A stretch of DNA of 63,222 nucleotides, counting the filler. It is 12 parts of 12 records of this genome, joined end to end, with 100 filler letters (N's around TTAATTAATTAA, not from the genome) between each part and the next. Parts side by side here need not be neighbours in the genome. Positions count along the whole stretch, not along the records: positions 55,694 to 59,443 come from SRR7504441_2986; positions 59,544 to 63,222 come from SRR7504441_3002; 10 more parts are not named here. One strand, written 5' to 3'. Shown here piece after piece: positions 58,070-63,222 of this stretch. Each line of letters starts with the position of its first letter. Position 1 is the first letter of the stretch. The notes under the pieces were generated by a model, which worked only from the letters and a program-made list of their open reading frames with translations, did no database searches and had not been told where the DNA came from. The position numbers were made by a program, and so were the translations under genes.

Positions 58070-59223
58070 ATGGCTGAGATCGACAGCCCGATCATGCCTG
58101 AGGGCGAGCCCGTCAAAAAGGGGGTCTCGACCGACGGCACCAAGCACTGGAAGGAGTACGCCGACGGGACCCGGGTCCAGGAGGACCCGGACGGCACCAA
58201 GCACTACGCGTACCCGGACTCTGCGGAGCACGGGATCAAGCAGTACAGTGCCGGGCCGGCCGGGGCCGGGCGAACCGGGTGGGCAGGCGTGCTCCAGAAC
58301 GGGACCAGCATGATTGTGTTCCGGGACGGGAAGCGGATCCAGAAGTGCACCAACGGCACCAAGCTCGAGGTCTACCCAGACGGGGTCAAAATACAGACCA
58401 ACCCGGACGGCGTCAAGATCGAGAACCGGCCCGACGGCACCACCCTGCAGACCAACCCGAACGGGGTGACCGTTGAGAGCTTCCCGGTGGGCCTGCCCCA
58501 GGCGGGCTGCCGATGCGGCGCAGGACGGGCTCAAGATACAGAAGAATCCCGAGACTGGTATCGAGCACCACTTGTATCCGGACGGCCGGGACGTTCAAGT
58601 GAACCCGGTCCGGGCCGGCGGCCGGCGACCGGCTGATTGGGGTGCGGAAGGATGGCACCAAGATTGAGCATTTCGCTGATGGGACCACCAAGCAGATCAC
58701 CGCCGATGGCTCAGAGAAGGAACTAAGGAAAGTGGTGCGTGGGCGGCGAGGGCCGGCCGGCTGACCCGGCTGGCAGGGCGAGGAGGAGACTGCTGCAGGC
58801 AAGAAGAGCACAGTGTACGAAGTGGACAACTCACAGGCTGAGGCCGAGGCCGCGGCTGCTGAGGCACTGCGGAAGAAACAGGCGGAGGAAGCAGAGCAAA
58901 AAGCCAAGATGCAGCGGGACTTGGAGGAAATCCGAAAGAAGCAGGAGGCTGAGGAAGCAGCCCGGAAGAAGGCTGAGGCTGATGCCGCCAAGGCCGAGAT
59001 GGCTGAGGCAAAGCGATTGAAGGAGGAAGAGGAGCTGAAGAGGCAGCTGGAGCTTGAAAAGTCCAAAGTGCCGCCGGCGCCCAAGGGGATGAGCTTTATC
59101 GCGATGAAGATGCACCTCAAGAAGAACGGGGTCGACCGGAACAGGGTGGATAACTGCCTCGGTAAGTACGAGCTCGAAAAGCTGGCAGCTGAGTGTGGGA
59201 TCGAATTCCCTGCGGCCAAATGA
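58070..59223 (+). CDS. TCP10/CENPJ G-box-like repeat protein with coiled coil and helical C-terminal motif; 4 introns
   Basis: Many xPDG/xxNG beta-hairpin repeats (EVYPDGVKIQTNPDG); E/K/A coil; KMHLKKNGVD..CLGKYEL. Confidence 0.7.
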
Positions 59224-59612
59224 GAGGGCGACGGCGCTCCACCAGGCACTAGCACAGGAATGCAACTGGACATCGACGGACATGTGATCGCTTTCGAGAC
59301 TAGCTAGTTGACTTGTGCAATACTAGACTAACCTAAGACTACGTAGCCGGTGCAGTGACTGAATCTTGACTACTTAGTCAAGTCTTGTACCGGTAGAGCT
59401 CTAGTTTGTCCGGAGATGAGTTTAGGAACTAGCATTAGATACTNNNNNNNNNNNNNNNNNNNNNNNNNNNNNNNNNNNNNNNNNNNNTTAATTAATTAAN
59501 NNNNNNNNNNNNNNNNNNNNNNNNNNNNNNNNNNNNNNNNNNNAATGCTTTATTTTCACCAAACGTATTTCACATACGTGCATTTTTACAGAGCTAATCA
59601 CACAAAATTGAA

Positions 59613-62010
59613 TCAATCCGTAGTCACTGCTTTGGCAAGATTCCTTGGTTTGTCAGGATTAATGCCTTTGGCTAGTGCCAGTTCATATGCAATCAGTTGC
59701 ATCGGTATCACCGCCAATAGTCCGCTCAGCATCCCATTGTTTGGAATAACAATCACATCGTCTGCCACACCTTTTGCCAATGACCTTTTGTCGGTGATCA
59801 CGATCGTGTGTGCACCGCGAGCCCTCACCTGCATTAAGCAATCATTTTCAGGCTGCTGGGCCTGCTTGCCTCCTCTGCAGCAGTGCGCATCAGTGGCGAG
59901 TGCTGATCATCTAAGATCAGCATAATAATTGGTGTGCCCTTCTCAATCAGAGCGAAAGGCCCATGTTTGAGAGCGCCACCAGAGTAGCCCTCAGCGTGTG
60001 CATAGGTGATCTCTTTAATTTTGAGCGCACCTTCGAGTGCAATTGGCTCAGCGAACCCTTTGCCAAGCACAAAGATGGTGTGTTTATCCACAAGCTTCTG
60101 AGCCACCTACCAACAGCCGAATCAGAGCCGAGCCAGCCGGCTGAGCAGTCCACCTCCTGGCATGCTTGCCGTGCCTTGGGCTGAAGAGTCATTCCAATAT
60201 AAGAGGGCAGCCTGTGTAGGGACTCGATCAATCGCTCGCGCTTCTGTTTCTGATCTCCGGGTAAAAAAAAGTTCGGTGCTCGATGCTCCGAGAACCAGGC
60301 AGCGATCATCGCCAGGCAGGTGACCTGTGTGATGAAGGCTTTGGTCGACGCCACCGCTTGTTCTCGCCCTGGGCCACAGAAGCAGCTCTCATACGCCAGA
60401 AATGTAGAAAGGGCCGACCTGCGTGCGAGTAGACACCGCATCCTGTGGTGCGAGCAACCATCGAACCGACCGCGTTGACAATCGAGAACTTTGGGACCCC
60501 GTACTGCTCAGCCAAGTCGAGCACTTTGAGCACGTCCCGGGTCTCGCCCGACTGCGAAATCACCAGCAGCCCTGGGTCCCGGCCCGGGAAGGTCTCCGGG
60601 AGCACCTCGGCCGCGTCCACGTTCTGCACCTGGATCAGTCGCATCAGTCGGCACTGTGGCTGGGCTGCTGTCCACCGTGCCGAAGGAGCCAATTGCCCGC
60701 ATCAGCCGAGCGCCGTAAAGCCCCGCAAAGTGTGAGGTGCCGCACGCAGCCACGAGCAGGTTGTTGACCGGGATTAAACTATCCTGGTTGGCATCTAGCC
60801 CGCCCAACTTGATGCTCCCCTGCCCCAACTGATCAACCGGCCAGCTGCTGCCCACCTCGGCATTGAATCTACCGCCATACCCAAGCGCTCTTGAGGCCGC
60901 TATTGGCTGCTCCATGATCTCCTTTATTGTCCAGTGCGGATACGGCGCCGGGCTTGTTTCCACCGCCTCGCCCTGCCCCGGCCGCTCGGCTGAGCTCGCT
61001 CGGCTGCGCACCTGAGCCGTCTCGATCCGCGCATCGACCGAGTCCTCCAGCATGATCCCATCCGCATTGATGAGCGCGATCTCCCGGTCCTTGAGCGAGA
61101 CGAACTTCTTGGTGTGGCGCATGAAGGCGCTGGTCTCTGAGGCTACGTAGGTGCACCCCTCCCCCAGCCCGACTACGATGGGCGAGCCATTCCTCGCCAC
61201 TAGCATCTCACCTGGGTTGGACTCGGCAATCACCACCAGGCCCCAGGTGCCCTCCAGCTGGCCAATTGCGTACTTGACTGCGTCCATCAGCACCTTGCCC
61301 TGATCGAGCCCCTGGCCAATCAGCTGCACGATGACCTCTGTGTCGGTCTGACTCTTGAACGTGTAGCCTTCGCTCCTGAGCTGCTCCTTGAGTTCCTGCG
61401 AGTTCTCGATGGTCCCATTGTGCACCAGCGCCACACGGCCCTTCTCGTCCATGTGCGGGTGCGCGTTCTCGTCGGTCCGCGCTCCGTGAGTGGCCCATCG
61501 GGTGTGCGCAATCCCGAGCACGTCGCCCTTGTGTGCCGTGAAGGCTTCCTTCTGCAGCAGCTGGATCGAGTCGCTGGTGCTGCCCTTACTGCCCGCCCAC
61601 AGTCTGTCACACTGGCTGGCACTCTGGCGCGGCTACCTTGCGTATTTTGTGGTCACGATCTTACCGTTTGGGTCGACAGTGGCCAGCCCAGCCGAGTCGT
61701 ACCCTCGGTTCTGCAGGATGACCAGCCCTTCCATCAAAACATCCACCGCGCTGTCGCTCTCGGGATTGCTCCCGACGAATCCGACAATCCCGCAGGCCTC
61801 GGCCGGCCTGAGCCCCAGCAGCTGCACGCCGAGCAGCCCAGCCGCAGCCGCCGCCGCAGACAACGCCGCAGTCCGGCTGTTCTCGGACTCGGCCCTGGGC
61901 TCGGCCGCTACCAGGCTCCTGAGTGTCCTGTTGATCATACATCGGCCCGGCAGACGCGGCTGGCGACCACGGAATGCGCTCCGAACAGCACCCGCAGCGC
62001 GCTGCCACAT
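59613..62010 (-). CDS. glmS: Glutamine:fructose-6-phosphate amidotransferase (GFAT) with a 72-aa N-terminal leader; several short introns
   Basis: CGIVG at residue 73, [58 protein letters not shown]. Confidence 0.96.
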
Positions 62011-62235
62011 TGCGGAAAGCAGTGGAACGTTGTGAGCCGTTCACGAGGTGAGTACTTGGTAGAGTCTACAGCTGCTGTCCAGGTGTAAGCTGATAGGAGC
62101 CGCTAAGGAGCCGTTACAGCGGCCTAGAGCTCGTCGGAATGTGTGCTTTACGTAAAGGGTCTACGTAGCTAATGTTACACTTAATTAAATCATGAATCTT
62201 GATTACAGTCATTACCGTACACACTGCTCAAATTA

Positions 62236-63222
62236 TTAATCGATCGCTTGCACATAGCTAAGTCCAACTGTTGCTAGGGTCCACGCACAATCTCGGTGCC
62301 GCAGCTGTAGAGTTCGGTCTGGTAGCAGGTGCTTTTGGGTAATCGGCAGCCGGCCTTGCTGTGGAACCTGCTGATCACGGCTAGACTGCCCATCCCTTCC
62401 TCAATATCAAACTGTAACTGCCGATCCGACCGGTTGTAGTGAATCCTGGCCGGCCGCTCACACTACTGGCTTGCGAACAGAGGCTTTGCTCACCCGCCCG
62501 GCACTTTATACGAGCTGTGGCTGGCTCGGCAGACAACTTTGCCAAACTTTGGCGGAGCAGCCTCAAAGCTCCAGCTGCCACCCGTGTACGCCTCGGTCGC
62601 TGCAGCCGATCAGCTGCGACCCAAACGGCGGGCGCACATTCTTGCCCGTGCTGACACCAGCCGAATTCGTAACGGAAGCTGCCGTCCTCCTGCAGCTGCA
62701 GATATTCCTTGTTGCCGGCCTCCTGCCAACCAATCGGCCCGCCATGAGGACTGGGGCGGCCACCTCGTGGTAGCCGTACGAGCCACATATCGAGGCTCGA
62801 GTGATGATGCTCTGGTGCGGCGCCTGGCCCGGCTCCCCCAGGCTGGCGGACTGGTGAGCCAACCTTGTGGGTCAGGGCGGCCAGCGTGTGCTTCCTGCGT
62901 AGCGGAGTGCTCGGTGGGGGGAGCCGGTGCCCACGGTTGGTGGCCAAGTGACTAAAGCCCCCACCGTCGGCCGATACTGGCACTAGCCGACCCACCGGGC
63001 GTCGCTAACATAGTCCAAGTGCTGCCCAATCCCCACGTGCGCTGCCTGGCTATAACAGCCTGTCCGAGCGCTCGCAGCCGCGCCGGCCCGCCACAGGACC
63101 AGCAGGAGCAGTGTAGCTCCCTTTGCCCAGCCATCCGAGCGTCAGGTCTGCCCCAGGGGTCAATCCGAGAGCGAGATGCGTGAGACAGCGGCACCTGCCA
63201 TTGAGGTAACGAACTCTGAAGG
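62236..63222 (-). CDS. Hypothetical multi-exon protein (5' truncated, ends uncertain)
   Basis: Coding-like exons (EYLQLQEDGSFRYEFGW) separated by intron-sized segments. Confidence 0.4.

Noticed and set aside
62049-62083. Intron-like gtgagt...ccag on the + strand upstream of GFAT
   Set aside because: No convincing ORF or RNA around it; could be chance.
1-63222. tRNA, rRNA, transposase, CRISPR or defence systems
   Set aside because: No supporting motifs seen by eye.

Overview
This is not one locus. It is 12 short contigs of a compact, GC-rich eukaryotic genome, probably a flagellated protist bin (lineage cannot be fixed from sequence alone), joined by artificial 100-nt N/TTAATTAATTAA linkers. 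Genes are split by many tiny (about 36-50 nt) GC-rich spliceosomal introns, a notable share with GC-AG ends, so the ORF track fragments most genes. Genes often sit as tight head-to-head pairs, with start codons 43-178 bp apart. Recognisable genes: UTP20, TOP1, USP48/UBP26, UFSP2, NAD kinase, glutamine:fructose-6-P amidotransferase (GFAT/GlmS), Ni-superoxide dismutase, an NPHP1-like protein, arylsulfatase, an SDR, a GH95-like glycosidase, a bacterial-type ClC channel, NHL and PQQ propellers, a TOM1/THH1-like membrane protein and several coiled-coil/EF-hand proteins. Best leads: (1) a 178-nt UTP20 intron holding a stem-closed C/D-like RNA with an 11-nt antisense to U6 snRNA; (2) GFAT and NiSOD, which both need a free catalytic N-terminal residue, each encoded behind a mitochondrial-like bipartite leader ending A-x-A or A-x-Q; (3) an NPHP1 domain with a PH domain inserted in it; (4) a decayed copy of a gene 5' end that brackets an acylated EF-hand gene. 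All family calls come from recognising motifs by eye, not from database searches.
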